Positions 8,160 through 17,891 of a DNA stretch of 64,000 nt are shown one piece after another. The notes beneath the pieces are model-generated. The model had not been told where the DNA came from and did no database searches. It was given only the letters and a program-made list of their open reading frames with translations. The DNA lies in contig JBDSQB010000010.1 in NCBI GenBank assembly GCA_039930045.1, positions 18,264 through 82,263 of the forward strand, read 5' to 3'. Every line of letters starts with the position of its first letter. The first letter of the stretch is position 1. Both the position numbers and the translations under genes were made by a program. Origin of the DNA: Chthoniobacterales bacterium. Lineage in GTDB: Bacteria; Verrucomicrobiota; Verrucomicrobiia; Chthoniobacterales; DASVRZ01.

Positions 8160-10142
8160 TCAGACGATCTCCACCGGGCATGGGGGCAGGGAATTGAGAA
8201 ACGCCTTGCCGTATTGCTTGGTCAGAATCCGGTTGTCCAGCACGACGATGATCCCGCGATCCTGCTGCGTGCGAATGAGCCGTCCCACGCCCTGGCGGAA
8301 TTTCAGGATCGCCTCGGGTAAAGAAAACTCCGAAAACGGATCGCCGCCTTGCGACTCGATGTGCTCTAGCCGGGCCTCGATCAGCGGGTGATCCGGCACC
8401 GCAAACGGCAGCCGCGTGATGACGACATTGCTCAGCGCCTCGCCGGGCACATCGACGCCCTGCCAGAAGCTGTCGGTGCCGAAAAGGACGGCGTTTCCAG
8501 TGGACTTAAACTCCTCCACGAGCCGGTGGCGCGGCATGCCCTTGCCTTGCACGAGGAAATTCCACTTCGATCTCGCGAAGTAGCCTTCCATTTTTTCCGC
8601 AAGCGACTGGAGCGTTTTGTAGCTGGTGAAAAGCACAAACGCGCGCCCGTTGCTGTGCTCGAGAAAATGCGCGATCCACTTTTGCAGCGCGTCCTCGTAG
8701 TCGGCATCGCGCGGGTCGGACATCTTTTTGACCACAAACACCTTCATCTGCTTCTCGTAGTCGAAGGGACTTCCAATCATCTCACCGGTCACGTCGTCAG
8801 CGCCCATGCGAGTCCGAAAGTAATCGAGGTCGCCGCGGCCCGTCGCCAGCGTGGCGCTGGTAAGAATGCACGAATTATTCTCCCGAAAAAACATCTGCCG
8901 GAGATGCGCCGAGAGGTCGATAGGCGCGGCGTTGAGTGCGATGGAAGTGCCGGCTTTCCCGGTTTTCTCCACCCAATACACGCTCTGCTCCGCCTGCTGG
9001 TTCAGGAAATCCGCGATGCCCAGCCGCGCGTCGCGCACCCGGCGGCCCATGTCCTGCAGCTCGGCCTTGGTCATGTCGTCATCGACCCGTTTCAGGCAAT
9101 TCACGACGGCATTTTGCAAATCCGCCAGCGTGCTCGTGATCGTGTCCGCAACCAGTTCCGGATGGCGCACACGGTATTCGCGGCCCTTTTTGAAATCGCA
9201 CGCTTCCTCGATGGAATCGAAAAACGTGTCCACTTGCTCGAAGGCCCGCGTCGATTGGCGCACGCCGTCGCCGTCGCCCAGAATCGTGAAAAGTCCCTTC
9301 TTCGTCTTGGCGTTGTAAAGCCGCTGGATCGCGTGCTTTAGGCCGTATTGCGAGACGCCGAGTCCGATATGTTTCGCGGCCACCGCCTCGACCGTGTGCG
9401 CTTCGTCGAGAATCAGAAAATCATTCGCAAATAGGAATCCGCTCTCCTTGTCGCCCAACTCTGCCGGCGAGCCGAGGAGCATGAAAAGAAGCGTGTGATT
9501 CATCACCACGACGTCGGCGGAGAGGAAGCGTTTGCGCGCCTGCTGGTAGAAACATTTCCCGTCGGCTCCGCACGATTTCGGCGTGCAAATATGCTGCTCG
9601 CTGCAGACGTGACTCCACACCTGGCTGTCCGGTTCGATGGAAAAATCCGAGAGCGTGCCGTCCTTCGTCGTCTGGCTCCAGGTCCAGATGCGTTTCAATT
9701 CCTCCTGCTCCGGCGAGGTGAAAAGTTCCCCGGCCTGCGACAGCGCACGCTCCAGCCGGCGCGGGCAAAAATAGTTGTGCCGGCCCTTCAGCAGAACCGC
9801 CTCAAACTCGTTTGGCAAAATCTTCTGCACCAGCGGGATGTCCTTATAAATCAACTGCTCCTGCAAATTGATCGTGTGCGTGGAAATGACCGCTTTTTTC
9901 TTCGCCTCCTGCGCGTAAAGCACGGCGGGAATGAGATACGCCAGCGACTTTCCCACGCCCGTGCCGGCCTCCACGATGAGGTGTTCCTGATTTTCTAACG
10001 CACCTGCGACGAGCGCCGCCATCTGTTGCTGCTCCTGGCGATGCTCGAAGTTTTTCGCCTTCGCCAGCAGACCCGTCGGAGAAAACATCCCGCCGACGCG
10101 TTCACCGAGGTCGCCGGGGATGTCTTCGCGAAGGGCAATCAT
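8160..10142 (-). CDS. dinG: ATP-dependent DNA helicase, DinG/Rad3 family
   Basis: Walker A EAGTGVGKSLAYLIP, DEAH box (LILDEAHTVEA) and a helicase C-terminal region. Start chosen at MIALRE (10142) because further upstream the frame translates a structured palindrome. Confidence 0.85.
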   Translation of the reverse strand: MIALREDIPGDLGERVGGMFSPTGLLAKAKNFEHRQEQQQMAALVAGALENQEHLIVEAGTGVGKSLAYLIPAVLYAQEAKKKAVISTHTINLQEQLIYKDIPLVQKILPNEFEAVLLKGRHNYFCPRRLERALSQAGELFTSPEQEELKRIWTWSQTTKDGTLSDFSIEPDSQVWSHVCSEQHICTPKSCGADGKCFYQQARKRFLSADVVVMNHTLLFMLLGSPAELGDKESGFLFANDFLILDEAHTVEAVAAKHIGLGVSQYGLKHAIQRLYNAKTKKGLFTILGDGDGVRQSTRAFEQVDTFFDSIEEACDFKKGREYRVRHPELVADTITSTLADLQNAVVNCLKRVDDDMTKAELQDMGRRVRDARLGIADFLNQQAEQSVYWVEKTGKAGTSIALNAAPIDLSAHLRQMFFRENNSCILTSATLATGRGDLDYFRTRMGADDVTGEMIGSPFDYEKQMKVFVVKKMSDPRDADYEDALQKWIAHFLEHSNGRAFVLFTSYKTLQSLAEKMEGYFARSKWNFLVQGKGMPRHRLVEEFKSTGNAVLFGTDSFWQGVDVPGEALSNVVITRLPFAVPDHPLIEARLEHIESQGGDPFSEFSLPEAILKFRQGVGRLIRTQQDRGIIVVLDNRILTKQYGKAFLNSLPPCPVEIV

Positions 10143-10200
10143 TTGAGGACCGTCTCCATCGGCGAGAACCAGGGCGGCGTCAATCTGGGAAGACGTTCTT

Positions 10201-10333
10201 CCGGGAGCGCACGCGTCTCGCGTGTCCTTTGAGGTGTCTCGCCTCAAAGCTTTCTCCGCGAGAGGACTACTTACGAACAAAGCCCTTTCGTGAGACGCAA
10301 AAAAGGGAACACGCGAGACGCGTGTGCTCCCGG
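10201..10333. repeat. 25-bp near-perfect inverted repeat pair (1 mismatch) enclosing nested hairpins; includes probable rho-independent terminator for the minus-strand gene 10353..11177
   Basis: ccgggagcgcacgcgtctcgcgtgt at 10201-10225 versus acacgcgagacgcgtgtgctcccgg at 10309-10333. Inner hairpins ctttgagg/cctcaaag and cccttt/aaaggg. On the minus strand cacgcgTCTcgcgtg is followed by ttccctttttt. Confidence 0.6.
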
Positions 10334-10352
10334 GGAATTGCCTCCGCCGTCT

Positions 10353-11177
10353 TTATGGAACCGAGTTGGCAATCTTCACATACCAGCGCTTGATCATGCC
10401 GACCGCTGGATAGATCGCCTCGTCGCGCTGCGCCACCGTCAGCGCGGGAGAACTCAAAGTCAGATCGTAGAGCATCTCGCTGATGTCGGAATTGGTGAAA
10501 ATCACCCGCGGCGCCGGAACCGCCGCCGGTTTGCCGAGGGCAATGGTGAGAACGTCCGGCAGCTTCGCCAGATCGCGCGTTGGAAATACGAAAACCGGCG
10601 TCACACTGCGGCTGAAAGTCTGGAAAAAATGCGCGAATGCACCCTTCGGATTCGCCTCACTGGCCACACACGGGACTCCCAGCAGAGTGTCGTCGAGAAT
10701 GAAAAACGCCACGGCGCGGCCATTGACCAGGGCGTCCTTCCGCGCGTCGTCGATCTGCGAAATGGGGAACGCACTCGCCGCCGAATACGTCGCCGCCGCG
10801 CTCGTGCGGGTCGATTGCAAGTCGGCGGCCATTTGAGTTAGATATTTATTGCCGGTGTTCACCACCAGATCGTGCGGAGTAAGCCCGGTCGGGTTCGCGG
10901 CCACGACGGGAGCGGGCGTCGCTGAGTCGAGTTGCGGTCGAACCACCTCCGCCGGAGCGGGCGTCGATTTCGGCAGGTAACGCGCCTTCAACGCGGGCGG
11001 TACATCGGCCAGCGGCACGCGCACAATGTCGCTGTCCGTGGTGAAAGTGAGTTGATTTCCTCGCACCTGCACATCGTGAACGTCGAAATATTTCTTGCCG
11101 GAAAGCGTGACGATGTCGATGGCCTGCGACGGCCAAACGGCCAGCAGGCAGACGCAAAGAATCAGGGGCAGTTTCAT
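10353..11177 (-). CDS. hypothetical secreted protein
   Basis: Signal peptide MKLPLILCVCLLAVWPSQA. No recognisable motifs. Confidence 0.6.
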   Translation of the reverse strand: MKLPLILCVCLLAVWPSQAIDIVTLSGKKYFDVHDVQVRGNQLTFTTDSDIVRVPLADVPPALKARYLPKSTPAPAEVVRPQLDSATPAPVVAANPTGLTPHDLVVNTGNKYLTQMAADLQSTRTSAAATYSAASAFPISQIDDARKDALVNGRAVAFFILDDTLLGVPCVASEANPKGAFAHFFQTFSRSVTPVFVFPTRDLAKLPDVLTIALGKPAAVPAPRVIFTNSDISEMLYDLTLSSPALTVAQRDEAIYPAVGMIKRWYVKIANSVP

Positions 11178-11240
11178 GGGAGTTGCATTGAAATGGGTGG
11201 GTCTTGACGCCGGTCGCGCCGCACGGTCTTCTATAATTGA

Positions 11241-12032
11241 ATGCGCCGCTACTTCGAGATTTACCAGATGCTTTTTCGCAATTCACTGATTCGCGAGATG
11301 AATTTCAAGGCGAACTTCCTGCTCTGGATGGCGGTCGAGCTGCTCTGGTTCGTCGGCCAGATTTTTTTCATCGAAGTCCTCTTCAACTACGTGGACAAAA
11401 TCGGCGATTGGTCGAAATGGCAGGTCGTGCTCCTCGTCGGAACGCATCAAATCATCGGCCAGCTTTTCCAAGCGTTTTTCTACACCAACCTCGCGAATCT
11501 GCCCGAACTCGTCCGCACCGGGAAACTGGATTTCCTCCTCCTGCAACCGGTGGATTCACAATTCATCGTCTCCACGAGCCGCTTCGGAGCCGACAGCGTT
11601 ATCAACAGCCTGGTCGGCGTCGCGATCGTGATTTTTTCTCTCGTGAAACTCGGGATTCAACCCTCGCTCTGGCAGATTCTGGCCTACGCCGGGGCCGTCG
11701 TGTTCGGGATTGGCATTCATTATTCGATCATGTTTTCGCTGGCGACGGTCAGCTTTTGGATCGTGCGCGCGCAGGGCGTGATCCATGGGTATTACAACCT
11801 CTTCAACATCGCGCGCTATCCCGACGTGGTTTTTCGCGGGGTGTTTCGGGCGATTTTCAGCTTCGCGATTCCGGTGATCATCGTCGCGAACACTCCGGCT
11901 CGCGTCCTGATGAATCTCGGAAACACGCCCGCGCTTTTTCTCCAGCTCGCCCTCGCCTCGGGCACAGTGGTTGTCCTGAGCCGGCTCTTCTGGAAAGTCG
12001 CGTTGCGCCGTTACTCGAGCGCGAGCTCCTAG
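11241..12032 (+). CDS. ABC-2 family transporter permease (DUF990-like)
   Basis: Six hydrophobic segments. N-terminus MRRYFEIYQMLFRNSLIREMNFKANFLLWM is typical of ABC-2 permeases. No partner ATPase is adjacent. Confidence 0.6.
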   Translation: MRRYFEIYQMLFRNSLIREMNFKANFLLWMAVELLWFVGQIFFIEVLFNYVDKIGDWSKWQVVLLVGTHQIIGQLFQAFFYTNLANLPELVRTGKLDFLLLQPVDSQFIVSTSRFGADSVINSLVGVAIVIFSLVKLGIQPSLWQILAYAGAVVFGIGIHYSIMFSLATVSFWIVRAQGVIHGYYNLFNIARYPDVVFRGVFRAIFSFAIPVIIVANTPARVLMNLGNTPALFLQLALASGTVVVLSRLFWKVALRRYSSASS

Positions 12033-12502
12033 ATTTTGTCGATGTCCGCGATCCGGTTTCCGCCGGTCAGTGCGGTGAATTTCTGAAAAATCCGCTTTGG
12101 CAGCGTCTGCCCGGATTCTTCCAAGGCCAGTTCGTCATGCGATTCCAGCTTGGCGCTTTCCCAAGCGGCGGGAAAGCCGGGCGACTTTTCCACGAGCCGT
12201 TTTTCCGCCCGCGCATAGATCTCCAACTCGCGCTGGAGCCGTTTCTCGGGAGTCTGATTCAACTCAGAAATCTTGATGCGCAGGTTTTCGTTCTGCTTCC
12301 GAAGCGACTCCAACTCGGCTTTGAGTTTCGCCGATGAGGCGGCCTCGATCTCCATTTTCTCGCCGAGCATCATCTTGAATTTATTCCGCTCATTGCGGGC
12401 GACGCGGGCGTTGTTCCAGGCCATCAGCGCGAAAATCAAGCCGAGCAAAAGCCCGCTGCCGAAGACGCAGAGATAAAAGGGAAACGTATTGACCGCAGGC
12501 AT
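12029..12502 (-). CDS. hypothetical membrane-anchored coiled-coil protein (LapA-like topology)
   Basis: N-terminal TM segment followed by a heptad-rich helical region (KLKAELESLRKQNENLRIKISELNQ). Confidence 0.5.
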   Translation of the reverse strand: MPAVNTFPFYLCVFGSGLLLGLIFALMAWNNARVARNERNKFKMMLGEKMEIEAASSAKLKAELESLRKQNENLRIKISELNQTPEKRLQRELEIYARAEKRLVEKSPGFPAAWESAKLESHDELALEESGQTLPKRIFQKFTALTGGNRIADIDKI

Positions 12503-12520
12503 GGTGCGTGGATGGGCCGC

Positions 12521-13171
12521 TTAGTCAGCCTGCGCGGAAGTGTTCGGAGCAGCCGGTGCAGGCGTCGGCACCGCCGTGCCGGGGTTGCGAATGACGATGC
12601 CGTCCACGTCCTGACCTTCAGGATGTTGGGGCGTGTGTTTTTCCGATTCGGGCAGGGGAATGCTGTCGATGTTATTCAGCATCGCCTGATCCACGGGAGC
12701 GTCGCCGGTGTCGATTTGGGGTACGTACAAATCCTGCGGATTCGCCGCGGGCTGGACGGGAATGGCGGGTTGCGCGCTGGCGAGAATCTCCGATTCGCTG
12801 GCGATGCAGGCGGCGGGAATGAAGCCGCGCTGGCCACTGGCGATCTGCACGAGGGCGTTGCGGCCGTTGTTGCTGAGGACTTTCACCGGAGTAAACCGGG
12901 GCAGGGTAATGGAGTGATCGTTCGCACTGCCGCGCTGACGGCTGCCGCCCACGAGCGGAGTCTGCAACCCGGCAAACTGCGGCACATCGACCCGGACGAC
13001 GGGCTGAAAAATGGCCGCATCGGTGGAGATGCGCATCTGCTCGGGATTGCGGCCAAGCTCGTCGGCTTTCTTTTTGTCCGAGAGATTTGCCGCCATTTTG
13101 GAGACCGTGGAGCAGCCGGTAAAAGAGAGGGCTGCGGAAAGCAGGACCAGAGAAAGGAAGCGATGTTTCAT
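12521..13171 (-). CDS. lipoprotein, possible SH3b-like domain
   Basis: Lipobox MKHRFLSLVLLSAALSFTGC|S. Pro/Ala-rich C-terminus. The upstream part of the track ORF is unlikely to be translated. Confidence 0.55.
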   Translation of the reverse strand: MKHRFLSLVLLSAALSFTGCSTVSKMAANLSDKKKADELGRNPEQMRISTDAAIFQPVVRVDVPQFAGLQTPLVGGSRQRGSANDHSITLPRFTPVKVLSNNGRNALVQIASGQRGFIPAACIASESEILASAQPAIPVQPAANPQDLYVPQIDTGDAPVDQAMLNNIDSIPLPESEKHTPQHPEGQDVDGIVIRNPGTAVPTPAPAAPNTSAQAD

Positions 13172-13375
13172 AAGCCAGAATCGAGCCGCGCAGAGTTTAT
13201 CATAGTTCAAGCTATCGTCGAGCAATTTTAAGGCCACGTGTGGAGCTTCTTCACTCAGCTGCGAATGGAACGGGGAGCGCGCATGGGAAAACTTAATGTT
13301 GCCGAAAAGCGCATTTTGAGCCACTTTAGCCGCTTCCTTGCCATCAGGGAAAAACCCTCATTTCATTAAAACACC

Positions 13376-14284
13376 ATGTTTAAGAACGATAAACTTCAAG
13401 CTGTCATCCTCATAGCTTTAATCGCCATTCAAGTCGCGGGTGTCTTCGCCCTGCTGCATCATTTCCAGCTCTTCTACCTCGCGATCATGATCCCGATTTA
13501 TGCTTGGGGCTGCTTCAGCACGACACTCTATTTGCATCGTTATCTGACTCATCGCGGAATGGAAATGCCGGAATGGCTGAAGTTTTTCTGGGCCATGGGC
13601 TCGGCGGTTTGCCTTTCCGGCGATCCGGTAACCTGGGTGGGCGACCATCGTTATCACCATCTCAAATCCGACACCGATGAGGACATTCACAGCCCGCTCC
13701 ATGGCTTCCCTTATGCGCATATGATGTGGCTCGTTCGGAAACCGGAGAGCTTCCGCCTGCGCTCTCTGCGTTATGCTTCGGACGTTCGCAAGATCTGGTA
13801 TTGCAAGATTCTGGAAACCCCGATGTTTTACGTCGTGCCCCATATTCTTGTGGCGCTGACCCTTTATTTCACCCTTGGTGGCGCTGGTTTGCTCTGGTGT
13901 CTCTATTTTCCCATGCTGGTGCTTTATAACTTCACGTGGGCAGTGAATTCCATCTGCCACATGCCGAGCCTCGGCTATCGTACGCACGAAACCACCGACG
14001 CCAGCCGCAATAACTTCTGGGTTGGCCTCGGTTCCTTTGGCGAGGGCTTCCATAACAATCACCACGCCAAGCCGAAATGCGCCGCGCACGGTCTGCAATG
14101 GTGGGAAATCGACGCCACCAAATACCTCATCTGGACCCTCGAAAAACTCGGCCTCGCCTGGCAAGTGGCCTGGCCAAAAACTGAGACCGCTGAGTCCGAG
14201 ACAGAGGTCGTTTCCATTCCCACCCAAGCCACCGCGCTGCTGGCCAAGGTCATGGAACCGGGCCAAAAACTGGCTTCCGAATAA
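13376..14284 (+). CDS. acyl-CoA/acyl-lipid delta-9-type fatty acid desaturase (membrane di-iron, His-box)
   Basis: Histidine boxes HRYLTHR, HRYHHLKSD and HNNHHAKP, plus TM segments. Confidence 0.85.
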   Translation: MFKNDKLQAVILIALIAIQVAGVFALLHHFQLFYLAIMIPIYAWGCFSTTLYLHRYLTHRGMEMPEWLKFFWAMGSAVCLSGDPVTWVGDHRYHHLKSDTDEDIHSPLHGFPYAHMMWLVRKPESFRLRSLRYASDVRKIWYCKILETPMFYVVPHILVALTLYFTLGGAGLLWCLYFPMLVLYNFTWAVNSICHMPSLGYRTHETTDASRNNFWVGLGSFGEGFHNNHHAKPKCAAHGLQWWEIDATKYLIWTLEKLGLAWQVAWPKTETAESETEVVSIPTQATALLAKVMEPGQKLASE

Positions 14285-14310
14285 GCTGCAACTCGAATCT
14301 AAAATTTTAC

Positions 14311-14349
14311 AAACAGGCGATTCCGATGGGAGTCGCCTGTTTTGTTTTT
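14311..14349 (+). terminator. rho-independent terminator after desaturase gene
   Basis: aaacaggcga...tcgcctgttt stem followed by a gtttttc T-run. Confidence 0.65.
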
Positions 14350-14498
14350 CGGATGAGACAATTTCAAGTTGCCAGCAAGGGGAAAGAGCGTAGTTTCTCG
14401 GCCCCTTGCAAAGGCAGGGGAACACTTTCCCGCGTGTGCGAGACGGTGTGTTGAAATGTTAAAAACAAGGCAACCGTGGCAGGAAGAAAGCAAATGTT

Positions 14499-16181
14499 AT
14501 GATTGAAATGAAGGACCTGATCGCGAAATCCATGCGTGATTTCCGCGAAGGCAGTATTGTCAAAGGCCGCATCCTCGAGATTCGCAACCGCGAAGTGCTC
14601 GTCGATATTGGCTACAAATCCGAGGGCGTGATTCCCTCATCCGAGTTCGATGACGTTGAAAGTCTCGAAGTCGGCGAAGAAGTCGAAGTGCTCCTCGAGC
14701 GCCTCGAAAACGACGAAGGCATGGTTATCCTCTCGAAGGCCAAAGCCGCTTATCGTCAGAACTGGGAAAAAATCGTCAAAGTGTTTCACGGCGACGGTCT
14801 CATCAAAGGCAAAGTCCGCTCCGTCGTTAAAGGCGGCCTCATTGTTAATATCGGCGTCGAGGCGTTTCTACCCGGCTCCCAGATCGACATCATTCCTCCC
14901 AAGGATCTCCAGCAATTCGTGGGCAACACCTACGACTTCAAAATTGTCAAAATCAACGACGACCGCAAAAACGTCGTTCTTTCCCGTCGCGAACTCATCG
15001 AGGCCGAACGCAGCGAACAGCGCGCGAAATTCCTCGGCGAAGTCGCCATCGGCTCCACCGTCGTGGGCAAGGTCAAGAACCTCACCGACTTCGGCGCGTT
15101 CATCGACCTCAACGGCATGGACGGCCTCCTGCACATCACCGATATGACTTGGAGCCGCCTTAACCATCCTTCCGAACTTCTCAAAGTCGGCCAGGAAATC
15201 GAAGTCGTCGTTCTCGACATCAACAAGGAAAAAGAGCGCGTCTCGCTCGGTCTCAAGCAGACCCAAAACAATCCTTGGGACAAAATCGAAGAGCGTTTCC
15301 CCACCGGGGCTCGCATCAAGGGAAAAATCACCAACCTCGTTCCTTACGGCGCATTCGTGCAGATCGAAGAGGGCGTCGAAGGCCTCATCCACGTCTCCGA
15401 ACTCTCCTGGACCAAACGCATTGCCCGTCCATCCGACGTGCTTACGATCGGACAGGAAGTCGAAGCCGCCGTTCTCGGCGTCAACAAAGACGAGCAGAAA
15501 ATCTCGCTCGGCCTGCGTCAGCTCGAGCCAAATCCATGGGACGAGATCGAACAGCGCTACATCATTGGCAAGCAAGTCAAAGGCAAGGTCCGCAACACCA
15601 CCGCTTATGGCGCGTTTGTGGAGCTTGAAGAAGGCATCGACGGCATGGTTCACGTGTCCGATCTCAGTTGGACTCGCAAGATCAATCACCCAAGCGAAAT
15701 GCTGAAAAAGGGCGACGAAATCGAAGCCGTCGTCATCGACATCGACAAAACCAACCAGCGCATCAGTCTCGGCATGAAGCAACTGGAGAACGATCCTTGG
15801 AAGGAAATCGACACCCGTTACAAGATCGGCGATCTCGTCAAAGGCAAAGTCACCAAACTCGCCAGCTTCGGAGCCTTCGTGGCTCTCGATGGCGACATCG
15901 ACGGCCTCGTCCACATCTCGCAACTTAGCGAAGACCACGTGGCCAAGGTCAAGGACGTCATCAAAGTGGGCGACGAAGTCGAAGCCCGCGTCATCAAGGT
16001 GGACAAAGCCGAGCGCCGCATCGGTCTCTCGATCAAGGCTGCCAACTACAGCGACGAAGAGCTCAAGCGCGAGAGCGAAGCCTTCGACAACATGCGTCCC
16101 GGCGAAGACATGGTCGGCCTCGAACAAGCCTTCGCGGCTGCCGAGGAAGAGTATCGTCCCGGCGACAACAAGAAAAAATAG
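14499..16181 (+). CDS. rpsA: 30S ribosomal protein S1
   Basis: 560 aa with six S1 domains (repeated GxVxGxV...GLLHISD/HVSELSW patterns). Confidence 0.97.
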   Translation: MIEMKDLIAKSMRDFREGSIVKGRILEIRNREVLVDIGYKSEGVIPSSEFDDVESLEVGEEVEVLLERLENDEGMVILSKAKAAYRQNWEKIVKVFHGDGLIKGKVRSVVKGGLIVNIGVEAFLPGSQIDIIPPKDLQQFVGNTYDFKIVKINDDRKNVVLSRRELIEAERSEQRAKFLGEVAIGSTVVGKVKNLTDFGAFIDLNGMDGLLHITDMTWSRLNHPSELLKVGQEIEVVVLDINKEKERVSLGLKQTQNNPWDKIEERFPTGARIKGKITNLVPYGAFVQIEEGVEGLIHVSELSWTKRIARPSDVLTIGQEVEAAVLGVNKDEQKISLGLRQLEPNPWDEIEQRYIIGKQVKGKVRNTTAYGAFVELEEGIDGMVHVSDLSWTRKINHPSEMLKKGDEIEAVVIDIDKTNQRISLGMKQLENDPWKEIDTRYKIGDLVKGKVTKLASFGAFVALDGDIDGLVHISQLSEDHVAKVKDVIKVGDEVEARVIKVDKAERRIGLSIKAANYSDEELKRESEAFDNMRPGEDMVGLEQAFAAAEEEYRPGDNKKK

Positions 16182-16206
16182 AGTCCGCTCTAACTCGAAT
16201 CAAAAA

Positions 16207-16240
16207 AACCGGACCTGCGCAAGTGGGTCCGGTTTTTTGT
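16207..16240 (+). terminator. rho-independent terminator after rpsA
   Basis: aaccggacc/ggtccggtt stem followed by tttttt. Confidence 0.7.
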
Positions 16241-16296
16241 TGTCCATAACGATGGAACTCGCCTGCAAAACGGCCACGTTTCGATAAACTGATCGC

Positions 16297-17394
16297 GTGC
16301 CTGCGCTTCACCTTTCTCCAGCCGACGCCCGGCGATTTCAGCGGCACGCCGTGCTTCTCGACGCCCCGGCTGCGGACTTGGAGAGTGTTCTCACTCACCA
16401 CGGCTTCATCCAGATCGACCCGATCAATGTCTGCGGGCGAATGCACGATCTCATTTTGCGAAACCGCGTCGCCGATTACCGCGAGGGCGACCTCATGCGC
16501 CACTTGCACGGCACCCAGCCGCTGCCTGCCGAGGAGCGCACCGCCTTTGAGCATCATCTGCCGCACAGCAACAACCTCGCCGCACTGCCCGTTTCCGCGT
16601 GGCCGTTTCTGCAATCCGCCATGCGCCAGCGCACCGAATACGAGAGTGCCTGGTCGGGAAAATTGGACGAGCGCCAGACGGAGCTCGCGCCGCAGATTCT
16701 GGCCGAACTCGCCGCGCGCGGGCCATTTGCCTCAGACTCGATTGCAAACAAGGAACGCGACGCGCACGGCTGGGGAACTCACGCCACACTCGCCAAAACC
16801 ACGCTGCACAAACTCTTCTTTCACGGTCGTATCCTCATCTCTCGACGGGAAAATCAGCGGCGACTCTACGACCTCCCCGAGCGCGTGCTGCCCGCTGCCA
16901 TCCTCGCCCGACCCGAGCCGTCGCCGACGGAAACGGCCCGTTGGATCACTTTGCTCAAGCTCCGTCAATGGCGTCTGACTCCGCTCTTGCGGGCCGAGAT
17001 TCCACTGGTTGCAGACGATATTCAGGAAATCGCCGTGGACGGATGCCCACCGCTCTTTTGCCTGAAAAGCGACCTCCCGCTGCTCGACCTCGCCGCTGAT
17101 CCGAGTTCCATTCCACTCTTGCTCGCGCCGCTCGATCCGCTCATCTACCACCGGCGCGTCACCCGCAGCCTGTGGGACTTCGACTACACTTGGGAAGTCT
17201 ATGTGCCTCCGGAGAAACGCGTCCGCGGCTACTACGCGCTGCCCGTGCTCGCAGGGCTGGAGCTGGTCGGCCACATCGATCCGAAAGCCGACCGGAAAGC
17301 AAAAAAACTGGCCATTATCCACCGTTCCTTGCGCCGGGGTTACTCCGCCGCTCCCGCCGTCCGCGAGCTCGCCCGTTTTCTCGGATTGAAATAA
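16297..17394 (+). CDS. winged-helix DNA-binding protein, YcaQ/AlkZ-like (putative DNA crosslink-repair glycosylase family)
   Basis: N-terminal HAVLLDAPAADLESVLTHHGFIQIDPINVCGRMHDLILRNRV pattern typical of the YcaQ/DUF1006 family. Confidence 0.65.
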   Translation: MPALHLSPADARRFQRHAVLLDAPAADLESVLTHHGFIQIDPINVCGRMHDLILRNRVADYREGDLMRHLHGTQPLPAEERTAFEHHLPHSNNLAALPVSAWPFLQSAMRQRTEYESAWSGKLDERQTELAPQILAELAARGPFASDSIANKERDAHGWGTHATLAKTTLHKLFFHGRILISRRENQRRLYDLPERVLPAAILARPEPSPTETARWITLLKLRQWRLTPLLRAEIPLVADDIQEIAVDGCPPLFCLKSDLPLLDLAADPSSIPLLLAPLDPLIYHRRVTRSLWDFDYTWEVYVPPEKRVRGYYALPVLAGLELVGHIDPKADRKAKKLAIIHRSLRRGYSAAPAVRELARFLGLK

Positions 17395-17453
17395 AGATTC
17401 GCATCCCGCCGCCCGTTCTGGAACGAATAGATTCCACTTACAACCCAATCATT

Positions 17454-17885
17454 ATGAAACAAAAAGCATCCGCCATCTGGCAGGGCAGCCTCAAGGAAGG
17501 CACCGGCACCATCTCCACCGCATCCGGCGCACTCGTCGGCAAACCATATTCCTTCAAAGCCCGCTTCGAGGCCGAAAACGGCGAGGCAGGCACCAATCCC
17601 GAGGAACTCATCGGCGCCGCTCATGCGAGTTGCTTCTCGATGGCATTCTCCATGATTTTGGGCGGAGCGGGATTCACTCCTGAAAAAATCGAAACCACCG
17701 CCACCATCACACTGGAGCAAAAGGACGGCGGCTTTGCCGTGACCGCGAGCCATCTTGATCTGACTGCCACCGTTCCCGGAATCGACGACGCGAAATTTCA
17801 GGAATGCGCGGGCCAAGCCAAAGCCGGCTGCCCGATTTCAAAATTGCTCAACGCGACCATCACGCTCAACGCGAAACTGGCTTAA
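17454..17885 (+). CDS. osmC: OsmC family peroxiredoxin
   Basis: 143 aa. Conserved Cys pair in AAHASCFSMA and AGCPISK motifs. Confidence 0.85.
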   Translation: MKQKASAIWQGSLKEGTGTISTASGALVGKPYSFKARFEAENGEAGTNPEELIGAAHASCFSMAFSMILGGAGFTPEKIETTATITLEQKDGGFAVTASHLDLTATVPGIDDAKFQECAGQAKAGCPISKLLNATITLNAKLA

Positions 17886-17891
17886 GACGCC

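Noticed and set aside
10290-10841. Plus-strand 183-aa ORF and the 10280 start of the helicase ORF
   Set aside because: Both translate the palindromic, terminator-like element at 10201-10333. The helicase homology begins only around Met at 10142
14868-16127. 419-aa minus-strand ORF antisense to rpsA
   Set aside because: rpsA on the plus strand is unambiguous. The antisense ORF has no motifs
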